Positions 11,453-23,633 of a stretch of DNA of 64,000 nucleotides are shown here, piece by piece. Numbering within the stretch: position 1 is the first letter of the stretch; each line of letters starts with the position of its first letter. A model generated the notes under the pieces. It saw nothing but the letters and a program-made list of their open reading frames with translations, ran no database searches and had not been told where the DNA came from. Made by a program: the position numbers and the translations under genes. Source of the DNA: Desulfomonilia bacterium (GTDB taxonomy: Bacteria > Desulfobacterota > Desulfomonilia > UBA1062); NCBI GenBank assembly GCA_963664325.2, contig CAXXDQ010000008.1, forward strand, positions 96,001-160,000. The letters are read 5' to 3'.

Positions 11453-13088
11453 ATTAAGAAAATATTCGGCAATCTGAACGGTCTCGGCGCCCAGCAGATT
11501 CGGCGCATCGAACAGATTTACCGGCGCCAGGTCCCGTCCGACCGTATCGTCACCCACGAATTGGCCCGCTACATGACGGAAATTTCAAGGGAGATCAACC
11601 GTCAAATCGGTGTTCTCATCAGCCGCCGCGGGGATATCGAATATGTGCTTGTCGGTTCCCACCAGCAAATTTACATCCCCGGCCTTGACGGATTCCGTTC
11701 CTCTTCTCTCCGTTTTAAGGGATTGCGGCTGGTTCATACCCATTTGCATCAGGAAAAACTGACCGATGACGACTTGACCGATTTGGCCCTCCTGCGTCTG
11801 GATTTGGTTTGCGCCATCGCGGCTGAAGAAGACGGCCTGCCCGGTATTGCCCATACGGCCCACCTGATTCCGGAAAATCCGGAAGGAAAGTACTGGCAAT
11901 TCCTTCCGCCTGTTCGTCCCGCCGATATGCCTGTCAACTTTGCGGCTTTTATTACCGCTCTGGAAAACGAATTCAGCCGTACGCAGAAGAGCCGCAAGGT
12001 AGAAGCCACGGACCGCGCCTTGCTTGTCCGGGTCGAGACTAACACCTCGGGAGAGGGAGATAAATCCCTGGAAGAATTAAAAGAACTGGCCAGATCCTGT
12101 GATGTGGAAGTTTTCGATGCCGTCATCCAGCACCGGGAACACCTGGATCCCAAATATGTCATGGGGAGAGGAAAACTGGCGGACGTGGTCATCAAGGCCC
12201 TGCAAATGGGCGCCAATCTCCTGATTTTCGATCATGAACTGACCTCGGCGCAAGTCCGTTCCATCGCCGATTTTACGGAGATGAAGGTCATTGACCGTAC
12301 CCAGGTTATTCTCGACATTTTTGCCCAGCGGGCACACAGCAGGGAGGGTAAGATTCAGGTGGAACTGGCCCAATTGAAGTACCTCCTGCCGCGCCTGGCA
12401 ACCAAGCATACGGCCCTGTCCCGTTTAACAGGCGGCATCGGTGCCAGGGGGCCGGGTGAAACGAAGCTGGAAATCAACCGGCGGCGGATCCGGGACCGGA
12501 TAAACAACCTGGAAAAGCAGATGAAGGAGATTGAAAAAGCCCGGGGCCAACGACGCGTCAAGCGGGATAGAATGGGGCTTCCCATCATCTCCATTGTCGG
12601 ATACACGAATGCCGGCAAATCCACACTCCTGAATGCGCTGACCCAAAGCCGTGTCTTTACGGAAGACCGCCTTTTTTGCGACCCTGGATCCCAAAAGCTC
12701 ACGCCTGCGCTTCCCAAAGGATACGGAGGCGATCATCACGGATACGGTAGGATTTATCAGAGACCTGCCCCGTGATCTTTTTGCCGCTTTCCGAGCCACC
12801 CTGGATGAGCTCCATGAGGCCCATCTTCTCCTCCATGTCGTGGATATCAGCAATACGGGTTTTGACAACCATATGGCCGCCGTGGCTAAAATACTGGAGG
12901 AGCTTGACATCAAAAGTAAACCGACCATCCTTGTTTTTAACAAGCAGGACCGGTTCCCCGACAGCGAGCTCCTCAATGACCTCTGTATGCGCTATCAGGC
13001 CGTGGCCATATCGGCGCTGGATGAAACGACACTGCCGCCACTCGTAGAGAAGATGGAAGCCTCACTCAAAGCTTTTCATTATGATTGA
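11453..13088 (+). CDS. hflX: GTPase HflX, long N-terminal form (frameshift near 12680)
   Basis: GPGETKLE, VGYTNAGKST, FATLDP, DTVGF, NKQD motifs. Confidence 0.93.
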
Positions 13089-13127
13089 TGGTTTCGGATC
13101 AGTATTGCAACTTTTTCAGGGTACGTT

Positions 13128-14958
13128 ATGACTGAGCGTTCACTTAAAAAGCGACTCCCCGGTTCTCCTGGTCTGTCTGGCCCTTGCCGCGGCCATCGCG
13201 GCACTTTACGGCCAAACCGGGCATCACGCTTTTGTAGACTTCCGACGATGAGGAAATACATCGTTGCCAATCCCCCATGTAAATACGGGGCTTACGGCGG
13301 CCAATATCTTCTGGGCCTTCAGCTCAGCCCATTCCAACAACTGGCACCCACTGACCTGGATTTCCCATATGGCGGACGTCGCGCTTTTCGGTCTGCAACC
13401 TGCCGGCCATCATCTCGCCAATGTTTTCTGGCATACCGTGAACGCCCCTCCTCCTGTTTCTCCTGCTGGTCCGCATGACCGGCATGCTCTGGCAGAGCGC
13501 TTGCGTTGCCGCTTTGTTTGCCATCCACCCCCTGCATGTGGAGTCCGTCGCCTGGGCGGCTGAACGCAAGGATGTTCTCAGTGCCTGCTTCTGGCTTTTG
13601 ACGATTTGGGCGTATCTGCGTTACGTTCAAAGCCGGACTTGGCAGCGCTACGTCATGACCCTGGTCTGCTTCGCTCTGGGTTTGATGAGCAAGCAGATGC
13701 TGGTGACGCTGCCTTTTGTTTTATTACTTCTTGATTACTGGCCATTGGGGCAAATGACTGCGGGGCAGGCGATTACTCCTGTCGGCAGCGGTTCACAGGC
13801 GCAAGAAAGCGCTCCTGTAAAAAGTGACGGGAGGAAAAAAAAGCGGTACCAGAAGCAGCCTGAATCCGTGCCGCAGACGGCAACAGCTGCCGCACCCGTT
13901 GCCGGAATCCCCTGGCATATGTTGCTTGTCGAGGAAAATCCCTTTTTTCATTCTTTCCATACTGGCCAGCGTCATCGTTTTTCTGGTGCAGCTCAAATCC
14001 GGTGTCCTTTATAACCTGAATCCGTTTCCCCTGCCGCTTCGCCTGGAAAATGCAATCATGAGCTATATTGGCTACCTGGGCCAGATGTTCTGGCCCATCC
14101 ATCTGGCCGTCTTTTATCCCCATCCTCTCGATACGCTGCCGTTGTGGAAAACGCTGGGAGCATTTGGCCTTCTGATCCTGGTGACGGCCGCATGTTTCAA
14201 ATGGGGAAGGGGGAAGCCCTATTTAATCGTCGGATGGTTTTGGTATCTCGGAACGCTGGTGCCCGTGATCGGCCTCGTGCAGGTCGGCGTCCAGGCCATG
14301 GCCGACCGTTACACCTATCTGCCGCTCATCGGCATCTTCATCATGCTGGCTTGGGGGATTGCGGACCTTTTCGGGGGATGGTCATACCGCAAATTTTTTC
14401 TAACCGCTCTGGCAGCAGTTATTCTCATCCTGTGCGGTATACAGACATGGAAACAGATCGGGACCTGGAAAGACGCCGTTGCCCTGTATAGCCATGCGGG
14501 CCCGGGCGGTCCCTCACAATTACTGGGCCTACAACAACCTCGGCGCCGCCATTGCTCAGGGAAATCTGGACGCCGCGGAACCCTATTTCTTAAAATCCCT
14601 GGAAATTATGCCCATGTATCCCGGTGCCAACAAAAACATGGCCATCCTCCTCTATAAAAAAGGCCGCTATCGGGAGGCCGTTCCTTTTGCGCAAAAAACA
14701 TTGATGATGCAACCCGCAAACCCGGAATACCTTGTGATCATGGGGTCTCTGTGGTTGAAACTGGGCCGGGTTGACGACGCTGTCGCACAGTTTGAAAAAG
14801 CCCTGCAATTACATCCCGCCTATGCCGATGCCCGTGAGGCGCTTCAGGAAGCGCTGGCGGAAAAGGATAAACAGCGGGGTGAAGGCAAAAAACTAAATAC
14901 GGGACATGGAAAACGGATAGGTCACATAACCCCCTTGTACCACCCGCCATCGATCTGA
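13128..14958 (+). CDS. TMTC-like membrane glycosyltransferase with TPR repeats (multiple frameshifts)
   Basis: [36 protein letters not shown] and C-terminal TPRs. Confidence 0.8.
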
Positions 14959-15715
14959 ATGGCAGCACCGGTTATGTACCCCGCCTGTTCGGATGCCAAA
15001 AAAGCGACCAGGGCGGCGAATTCTTCCGGTGTCCCCCAGGCGCCCCATGGGGATGGCTGCCTCCCATGTCTTCATGACAGCCTCCGGTGAAGTACCTTCT
15101 TTCTCCGAAATCGTCCGGGCCAGTTTCCGCACCCGGTTTGTCAGCGTATAACCGGGACAGACGCTGTTGACGGTGATGCCGTAAGGGGCCAGTTCGTTGG
15201 AAAGACTTTTGGCCAGGCCAATGACACCGGAACGGACCGTATTGGACAGGATCAGGCCGTCAATGGGCTGCTTGACGGATATGGAGGTCATATTGATGAT
15301 CCGTCCCCATTTTTTTTTCTTTCATCACCGGAACGGCTTCCCGGGTCATGATAACAGTGCTGAGCAGGTTCAGACGGAAACCGGCAAGCCAGAGCGCATC
15401 GTCAATTTCCAAAAAAGAAGTGGAGGGCGGTCCGCCGGCGTTATTGACCAGAATATCCAGCGTTCCGAAATGAGCCAGCGCATTACGGACGAAGCGGCGT
15501 GCTTCTTCGGCATTGGTCACATCGGCGGGAATCGCCAGGCATTCACCCCCTGTTTCATTTTCTATGAAGGCAGCCGTTTCCGGAAGAGCCGGATCATCCA
15601 GTGCGCAGATGGCCAGCCGCGCGCCTTCTCTCGATAATGCCAGCGCCGCGGCCCGGCCCAAACCCATGCTGCCGCCGGCAACCAGGGCGACTTTGCCCTT
15701 CAATCCCAGATCCAT
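14922..15715 (-). CDS. SDR-family oxidoreductase (frameshifted)
   Basis: GGSMGLG, NNAGGP, NSVCPG motifs. Confidence 0.88.
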
Positions 15716-16013
15716 AATGCACTCCTTGTTTTTTTGACCCTCTATATCAAATTTCTATTGACATCTCTATTACTTTGATCTAGTGTACGCAGAATTTTCG
15801 GCAGTGAGGTTTCCTGGAACATGAACGGCATGAGCAGTAGTGGGCATCTGGCAAGATTGAACGGATTGTTGCGCCTGTCTCTTCTTTTGATGGGATCAAA
15901 CCCATCACCCGTCGTTTTTTTAGGAAAAGCAAGATACACTCCAAAGCAAACAAATCCTAAAGGCCATGGGTTGAAAATCCGTGGCCTTTTTCAATTTAAA
16001 GGGGATGGATGAC

Positions 16014-16586
16014 ATGATGTATGAAGTGATTTGGCATGGCAGAGGCGGTCAGGGTGTCGTCGTCGCTGCGCAAATGCTGGCGGAGGCCGCTTATTTCGAG
16101 AACTTTAAAGGCGTTACAGCGACACCGACCTTCGGCCCGGAGAGAAGAGGTGCACCGCTGACGGCTTCCACAAGAATTTCCCGCGATCCCGTCCGGACTT
16201 TCTCTCAGATCCAGATGGCGGATATTACGGTGGTCCTTGATGAAAGCCTTTTGAAAGTCGTCGATATTCTCGGTCGTGTCAAAAAAGGAGGTCTGATCAT
16301 CATCAATACGGCTCTACCCGTCGATGCGATCGACCTGAAAGGCGACTTCGATCTTGCCGTTGTCGATGCCGTCTGTATCGCCCTGAAGCATCATTTAACC
16401 AAGGAAGGGGCGCCGGTCGTCAATACGCCTCTCCTGGGGGCCCTGGCCAAAGTATCGGGATGGGTTTCCCTGGAAAATATTGAGAAAGCCTTAAAGCACA
16501 AGCTGTCACGTGAACATTTGGCCCGGAACCTTTCGGCCGCCAAAACGGCCTATGACGAGACGCAAATAAATAACCGGAAGAAATAA
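16014..16586 (+). CDS. 2-oxoacid:ferredoxin oxidoreductase gamma subunit
   Basis: HGRGGQG, FGPERRGAP. Confidence 0.93.
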   Translation: MMYEVIWHGRGGQGVVVAAQMLAEAAYFENFKGVTATPTFGPERRGAPLTASTRISRDPVRTFSQIQMADITVVLDESLLKVVDILGRVKKGGLIIINTALPVDAIDLKGDFDLAVVDAVCIALKHHLTKEGAPVVNTPLLGALAKVSGWVSLENIEKALKHKLSREHLARNLSAAKTAYDETQINNRKK

Positions 16587-16615
16587 TTGCTGTTTAATAA
16601 CGTAAGGATATTTCT

Positions 16616-16912
16616 ATGAATAAAAACAAAGATGAAAATATTTCCGCCATGTGCACACTAGCCGTGGGAGAAGCGGGAAGAACGGGTGATTGGCGGAGCC
16701 TCCGGCCCATCATCGACCATATGAAATGCATTCCCTCGCTGAAGAAAAAAACCGCCTGCATGCTTTGCTGGCTTTACTGTCCCGAGGGCGTCGTCACCGG
16801 CACGATACCTGTGACCATCGACCTCGATTACTGCAAAGGATGCGGCATCTGTGCGGAGGAATGCCCGGCCAAGGCCATCAATATGGTAAGGGAGGATCAA
16901 TGCCATGAGTAA
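16616..16912 (+). CDS. 2-oxoacid:ferredoxin oxidoreductase delta subunit (ferredoxin)
   Basis: TGDWR, CWLYCP, DYCKGCGICAEECP. Confidence 0.93.
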   Translation: MNKNKDENISAMCTLAVGEAGRTGDWRSLRPIIDHMKCIPSLKKKTACMLCWLYCPEGVVTGTIPVTIDLDYCKGCGICAEECPAKAINMVREDQCHE

Positions 16913-18120
16913 TGTTCAGATCATGACGGGAAACACAGCTGCTGCCATGGGCGCCAGGCTCTGTAATGTGCAGGTGGTGGCTGCTTTACCCCATCACACC
17001 CCAAACCTCCCCTGACGGAAATGCTGGCCCAGTATATTGAAGGCGGCCAGATGAAAGCTGAATATGTGCGCGTGGAAGGCGAACATTCGGCCCTTACGGG
17101 TTTGTATTGCGGCTTCTACTGTCGGCGCCAGAGCTTTCACGGCCACAAGCGCCAACGGCCTCCTGTATATGCATGAACAAATCCATTGGGCCGCGGGCTC
17201 CCGCCTGCCCCTGGTTATGTGCTGCGTCAACCGGGGCGTCGGAGCGCCGTGGACTATTTTCAACGATCAACAGGATTCCATTGCTCAGCGGGATACGGGG
17301 CTGGATCCAGATATACTGCCGCAATAACCAGGAAATCATCGATACGCTGATCCAAGCCTACCGGATTGCCGAAGCGGTCTATGTTCCCGTCATGGTCTGC
17401 TACGACGGATTCATCCTGTCCCACACCATGATGCCCGTCGATATACCCGATGCAGCCCTCGTCAAGGAGTTTTTACCGCCTTACCGGCCCCATACATTCC
17501 TCTCGCAGGATGATCCGCGCACCATCAATCCCGTCCTGTTCCCGAACCGGCGCGAAAATGCCGCCGGCATTCTGTGCGATGGCTATATGGAAATGCGTTA
17601 TAAACTCCAGTCGGCCCTGGAAGGCGCCAAAACGACCATCGTGAACACGAATAACCTCTACGCGGAAACATTTGGCCGCGATCACGGCGGCATGCTTTGG
17701 GAGTATATGACGGGAGGATGCGGAAATCGTGATGGGCCGGCATGGGCTCCATCGCCAATGAAGCGACGGTGGCTGCAGATATGCTCCGCGCAGAAGGCAT
17801 CAAGGCCGGTGTCGTCGGGATTCGTGTCTACCGGCCGTTCCCTGCGGAGGACGTGCGGCAGGCCTTTCAAAAAGCCCAAGGTCATTCACTTGTTTGAGAA
17901 AGCCATCAGCTATGGCTATGAAGGCGCCCTTTGTTCTGATTTGAAAGCCGCATTTTACGGAAGCGATGTGAAGGCCCCCATTTATAGATACATTGTCGGC
18001 CTGGGAGGTCGGGATGTGCAACCCGCAGAATTGACCGAAGCTGTTAAATCAAAAATGAATGCCACGCCGGATGTAAAATCGCAAGATCCGATTGCATGGC
18101 TCAATTGCCGTACGGAGTGA
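16905..18120 (+). CDS. 2-oxoacid:ferredoxin oxidoreductase alpha subunit (frameshifted)
   Basis: YPITP, EGEHS, TATSANGL, GLGGRD pieces in successive frames. Confidence 0.9.
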
Positions 18121-18124
18121 AACG

Positions 18125-19093
18125 ATGCCTGAAAATCTCTTTAAAATAAATGAAAAAGAATATATCCTGCCCGGGAACCGCGCATGCCAGGGCTGCAGCC
18201 TGTCGCTTGCCTACCGCATTGCTTTGAAAGCCCTGCGGGAAAATACGATTATGACCGTATCGGCCAGTTGTCTTTGCGTTCTTCACGGACTTTATCCCAG
18301 TACACCCGTCAAGCTGCCCTGGCTTGAACAGTTCCTTTGCCAGCACCGGTGCGACAGCTTCCGGTCTGGTGGCGGGACTGCGGGCGCTAAACCGGGCCGA
18401 TGAAACCGTTGTGGCCTTTGTGGGTGACGGCGGCACATTCGACATGGGCATTCAATCCTTGAGCGGCGCAGCGGAACGGGGAACCGATTTTATTTACGTC
18501 TGTTACGACCAACGAAGGCTATATGAATACGGGAACCCAGCGATCCAGCGCCACCCCCATGGGGGGCATTGACAACGACGACGCCTATTGCCACCAAGCA
18601 GCAGCACAAGAAAGATTTCATCAAGATCATGGAAGCCCATGACATCCCTTATGTGGCAACAGCATCGCCATCCTACCCCGTCGACCTTTATGATAAATTC
18701 GTCAAGGCCAAGAAAATTAAGGGGACTCGTTATATCCATCTGTCCATCCCCTGCCCGCCCGGATGGGGCTATCCTCCGAAAGATACGATTAAGATGGGAC
18801 GTTTGGCCGTGGAAACAGGCATTGCTGCCCTGTTTGAAGTTGAAGACGGGAAATTCCGTTTCACGGGCCGTAGTAAATCCATGGCGGAACGGGGCAACCG
18901 ATTACCCGTTGTGAATTTTCTGGAGAAACAGGAGCGCTTTCAGAAAATGAATCTGGCCCAGATGCAGCAATTTCAGCACTGGGTGGACAGCAAATGGCAG
19001 GAATATATGCGGCGTGGCCCAGGGAATCCGGGGCATGAATTTTCTTTCAGCTTGTGGTGCGAGATTGAACGTTCCGGGGCACTGACCCGATGA
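18125..19093 (+). CDS. 2-oxoacid:ferredoxin oxidoreductase beta subunit (TPP-binding; frameshifted)
   Basis: ACQGC, GDGGTFDMG, YMNTG, PCPPGW. Confidence 0.9.
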
Positions 19094-21208
19094 AGAAGCC
19101 ACGTAAGTCGCTTCCCGGTAAGGAAAAAGAACAGGGGAGGAAGAAACGAATCCCCTGGCCCTTCCTATCCATCGTACTGATATGCCTGGTGGGCATTATC
19201 GCATATTCGGACTCTTTCAATTGCTCCTTTCATTTTGATGACAGCTGGAACATTGAAAATAATCGGTCTATCCGTGACCTTGCTAATTTCAGTGCGTGGT
19301 GGGACTTTTGTTCCCAGCCGTCCCATCGGTTATCTGTCATTTGCCCTGAATTATCATTTCCACCGGCTTAACGTGTGGGGGTACCACCTTGGCTAATTTA
19401 GCAATCCATATCGCCAATGCCGTCATGGGTCTGGTGGCTGATCATGCTGACCATGACGACAGCAGTCATGAGCACCCGGTCCATAAGCAGACATAAACAG
19501 CCCCTGGCACTTTTTGCGGCTTTGCTGTTCGTATCCCATCCGCTGGCCACGCAGGGCGGTAACGTACATCGTGCAGCGGCTGGCTTCATTGGCCACGCTT
19601 TTTTATCTGCTATCGCTGGTTTTGTATGTCCGTGGCAGGCTTGGCGAGACCCGCCATGAAGGAAGGCGCGTTCAATTTTTTGTACCTGGGGGTCCCTTCT
19701 GAGCGCCGTCCTGGGAATGCTGACCAAAGAAATCGTTTTTCACACTGCCATTTGCCATTATCCTGTACGAGTTCTGCTTTATACGAACCGATCCAGGGAG
19801 GATCAATTTTAAAGACCGGAGCATGCTGATCCCCGGCATTATGCTGGGCCTGTTTATCATTATTTTTTTCCTCAATTTCTCCTTTGAGATATTTAATCCG
19901 GTACTCCCCATTCTCGATCAGGGTTATGATTACACCATAACGGCATGGGAATACTTTTGTACGCAGTTTAAAGTCGTCCTGACCTATCTCAGGCTGTTCA
20001 TACTGCCCATCAATCAGAATCTGGACTATGACTTTCCGATTTCCCATCGTCTTTTGGAATGGCAAACGCTTTCGAGCCTATTGACCCTGGCAGGGATTCT
20101 GGCACTCGCAATAGGGCTGTTCCGCAGGTACCGGCTGATTTCGTTCGGCATATTCTGGTTTTTTTTAACCCTGTCGGTAGAATCAAGCATCGTCCCCATT
20201 TCTCAGAATGTGATCTTTGAACACCGGACGTACCTGCCGGGGGCTGGGTTTTTTCCTGGCCCTGACCGGTGCAGTCTTTTATTTCCTATGGGATAGGCTC
20301 AGACTTGTTGCCTGGGGAATTCTCGGGATCCTTGTACTAACCAATACGGTCTTGACCTTTGAGCGCAACAAAGTATGGAAAAAGTGAATATACCCTGGCG
20401 GCGGACTGGCGTAAAAAAATCTCCGAATAAACCCAGGCCGTTATGCCAGTATGGACTGGAAACGGCCAAAGCGGGGAATGCATCCGAGGCGATGGAATGT
20501 TTTAATAAGGCCATTGCAATCAATCCGCACTACCATCTGGCCTACTATTATCGCGGTAAGCTAAAAAGTGGACGCCGGGGATTCCCAAGGTGCTTATCAT
20601 GACTTTACGGAGGCGTTGCGGATTGAGCCCGGAGTTTGCTTACGGACATTATCGTCTGGGCATGGCCCTCGCACAGCAGGGCCATTTGAAAGAAGCTGTC
20701 ATTCACTGCCAGCATGCCGTCCGGCTGAAACCGGATTATGCCAATTTTCGTAACACATTGGGGAATGTTTTGGCTGCTTCCGGAAAAATGGAGGAAGCGA
20801 TTGCTCAAATTGAGGAGGCCATCAGACTGGAGCCTGATGCGGGGGGACGGCTATTTTAACCTGGGCAATATTCTTGCCAGACATGGGAAACCGGCAGAAG
20901 CCATTGCCTGCCTGCAGGAAGCAGTGAAGCTCGATCCTCAGTCAGCGGAATATCATAACAGTCTGGGTGCGGTCCTTGCTTCTCAGGGAAGGATTGATGA
21001 AGCTGTGGACCAGTTCCGGGCATCCCTCCGCATCAACCGGGTGCTGTCATGGTTTATAATAATCTGGGAAGGGCTTGTGGTCCTGCAGGGACGCATTGAT
21101 GAAGCCATTCAGAATTTTCACGAAGCTTTACGCCTTGATCCCGGCTTTAAGCCGGCGCAGGCCAATCTGAAAGATGCCTTAGCGTTGCGGGGGAAAAGTA
21201 AAATCTAA
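19090..21208 (+). CDS. Second TMTC-like TPR membrane protein (multiple frameshifts)
   Basis: FHFDD, HPLATQ/AVTYIVQR, FEHRTYLP, C-terminal TPR array. Confidence 0.75.
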
Positions 21209-22500
21209 TGTCCCAGCGTTTTTCAGAATTAAATCGCATATTTCCGGGCTGACCCGCGATTGGCGGCCATAGCGTCCGCCCCGCTTGTCCCTTGCAGGCA
21301 AGCATTTCCGGATCTTTAAGGGCTGCCGTGATGCCTTGCAAAAGTTCCTCTTCATTGTTAACGGGAACACCGACGCCGATAGATTCCAACAACTTCTTTT
21401 CGTCAAGAAAATCCTCCATGGAAGGGCGTAGAAAACCATTTTCCCCCAGGCTGCAGCTTCGAGGATATTCTGGCCTCCTTTCGGCACCAAGAGCCGCCGC
21501 AAAAACACGATCGTTGCCAGAGCGTAATTTTGAACAGTTCCCCGATAACATCAACAACAACGACCCGTTCCTCCCGTCGTAATCGACCGCTGTTCATCTC
21601 CGTCACCGCGATGCAATCAGGGAAACCGTTTCTTCTGGCGAGATCCGTCACAGCCGTCCCCCTTTCGATATGACGGGGGACGATGATCAGTTTCATATCC
21701 GGATACAGGCCGAGAAGTTCCCTGTATCCTTCAAAACGATAGTTTCTTCACCTTCATGGGTGCTGCCGGCGACACAAAACCGGCTCGCCGGATCGGATAT
21801 GAAACCTTGCCGCCGTTTCTTCAGCCAGCGCTGCCGAAACGCGTGCGGCGAGGCCATCGTACCTTGGCATTTCCCAATACGCTGACCCGTTCCTTCGGCA
21901 TGCCGATTTTATGGATCCTCTCGGCATCTGTCCGGGAGATCATGCCCATTTTGTCAATATGCCGGAGTGTGATCGCCAAAAAAAAACGGGTGGCATGGTA
22001 GCGTTTAAAGGAACGCGGTGAAATACGGCCATTGACCATGACAACCTTGATTCCCCCAGGCTTTGCAGGTCCCGATAAAGTTCGGCCACAGTTCCGTCTC
22101 CGTAAGGACAAAAACAATCCGGACGGACGCGGCGCAGGAGCTTTCGGACCGTCCACGGTAAATCGAGGGGATAATAAATGACGGCAGATGCCTGGGGGAT
22201 GATATTTCGCGCCATTGTCTGGCCCGTTTCCGTGCTTGTGGAGACCACAATACACGCATCCGGCAGTTCCGCCCGCAGGGCGTTCACAATTGGGGCGGCA
22301 GCGGTTACTTCGCCGACCGATACGGCATGGAGCCAGATACGGGGATGGCCATCGGTATTACACATATCCGGCTGGGTTCCCAAGCCGAATTTTGCACCCA
22401 GGCTCTGCCGGTATTTCCCCGTGGCCAGCATCACCACGGCATAGTAAGGGGCCCCGATGAAGAGGGCTAAAAGCAGTAAGATATTATATAGAAGAATCAT
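21179..22500 (-). CDS. waaA: Kdo transferase (frameshifted)
   Basis: IWLHAVSVGE, ETELWPN, NGRIS, VPRH, GGQNILEAA. Confidence 0.9.
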
Positions 22501-22574
22501 CGCCCCATTGACCATAAAAGATTGAAACAGCCGTACACGTTGACAGGATATCACGGATGTTGTATACAATCGAC

Positions 22575-23142
22575 ATGAGAATCATTGCCCCTTCAATACT
22601 TTCCGCCGATTTCAGCCGCTTGGGCGAAGAACTGGCTGCCGTGGAAAAGGCCGGAGCGGATTGGATCCACATCGACATCATGGATGGACACTTTGTGCCC
22701 AATTTGACCATCGGTCCGGCGGTCATCGCATCGCTGCGCAAAATACCCGTCTGCCTTTTGATGTCCACCTCATGATCACCAGCCCGAACGCTTCATAGAC
22801 GCCTTTGCCGACGCCGGTGCCGATGTGATCACGGTTCATGTGGAGGCAGCCAGCCATCTGCACCGCACGATCAATCTCATCAAGAGCAAAAGGCATCAAG
22901 GCCGGGACTGTCGCTGAACCCGTCCACCCCGCTTTCGCAGGCGGAAGAGATCCTCGATGATCTGGACCTTCTCCTGATCATGACGGTCAATCCCGGCTTT
23001 GGCGGCCAAAAAATTCATTGCCTCGATGCTGCCCAAGATTCAAAAGGCGCGCCGGATGATTGACGCCGCTAATGCCAGCGTCATCCTGGAGGTGGACGGC
23101 GGGATTACCGTGGAAAATATAAAAACCGTCTCCGCTGCCGGC
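22575..23142 (+). CDS. rpe: Ribulose-phosphate 3-epimerase, 3'-truncated at junction
   Basis: [38 protein letters not shown]; similarity stops after TVSAAG, lacking the final VAGSA segment. Confidence 0.88.
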
Positions 23143-23277
23143 GACTCCCAGCTCATGAGCAAGCTGGCGCTCTGTAGGCAGCTTGGTGCCCGGCTTGGCA
23201 TGGTTGAAAAAGATCTTCAGGGAAAGGGCTCCCACCACCTGTCTGTAAGGCTGCTGATTCTTTGTGCGCGGGTTCAT
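23143..23277 (-). pseudogene. GntR-family regulator, N-terminal HTH fragment only
   Basis: KPGTKLPTERQLAHELGV, then the frame runs into antisense rpe. Confidence 0.7.
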
Positions 23278-23633
23278 CCCGCTTTACTGACAACTGATTG
23301 CTTACCTTTGCCATTGCATGCCCCTTTCCCTGCACTGCAGTCGCTGCGGATTTTGCCGTAATACGGTTGATGAATTTAACTATACATCATAATTATGGCC
23401 TTTTCCAAGCCAAAAATATACACAGGTATGATTAAAAACCATATAGCTACACGGCCGGCAGTTAATGTTAAACACGTAATCCGGCGGTAATAAATCTTTG
23501 ATGAAAATATGCTTGACTAATGGTTGATCAATTCTTTACCATTTATTTTCATAATACATTTTAATGACAAACGGCAATAAGAACGTAACGACAACATTCT
23601 CATCTCCATATTGCGATTCGAGAAGGGGGTTGA

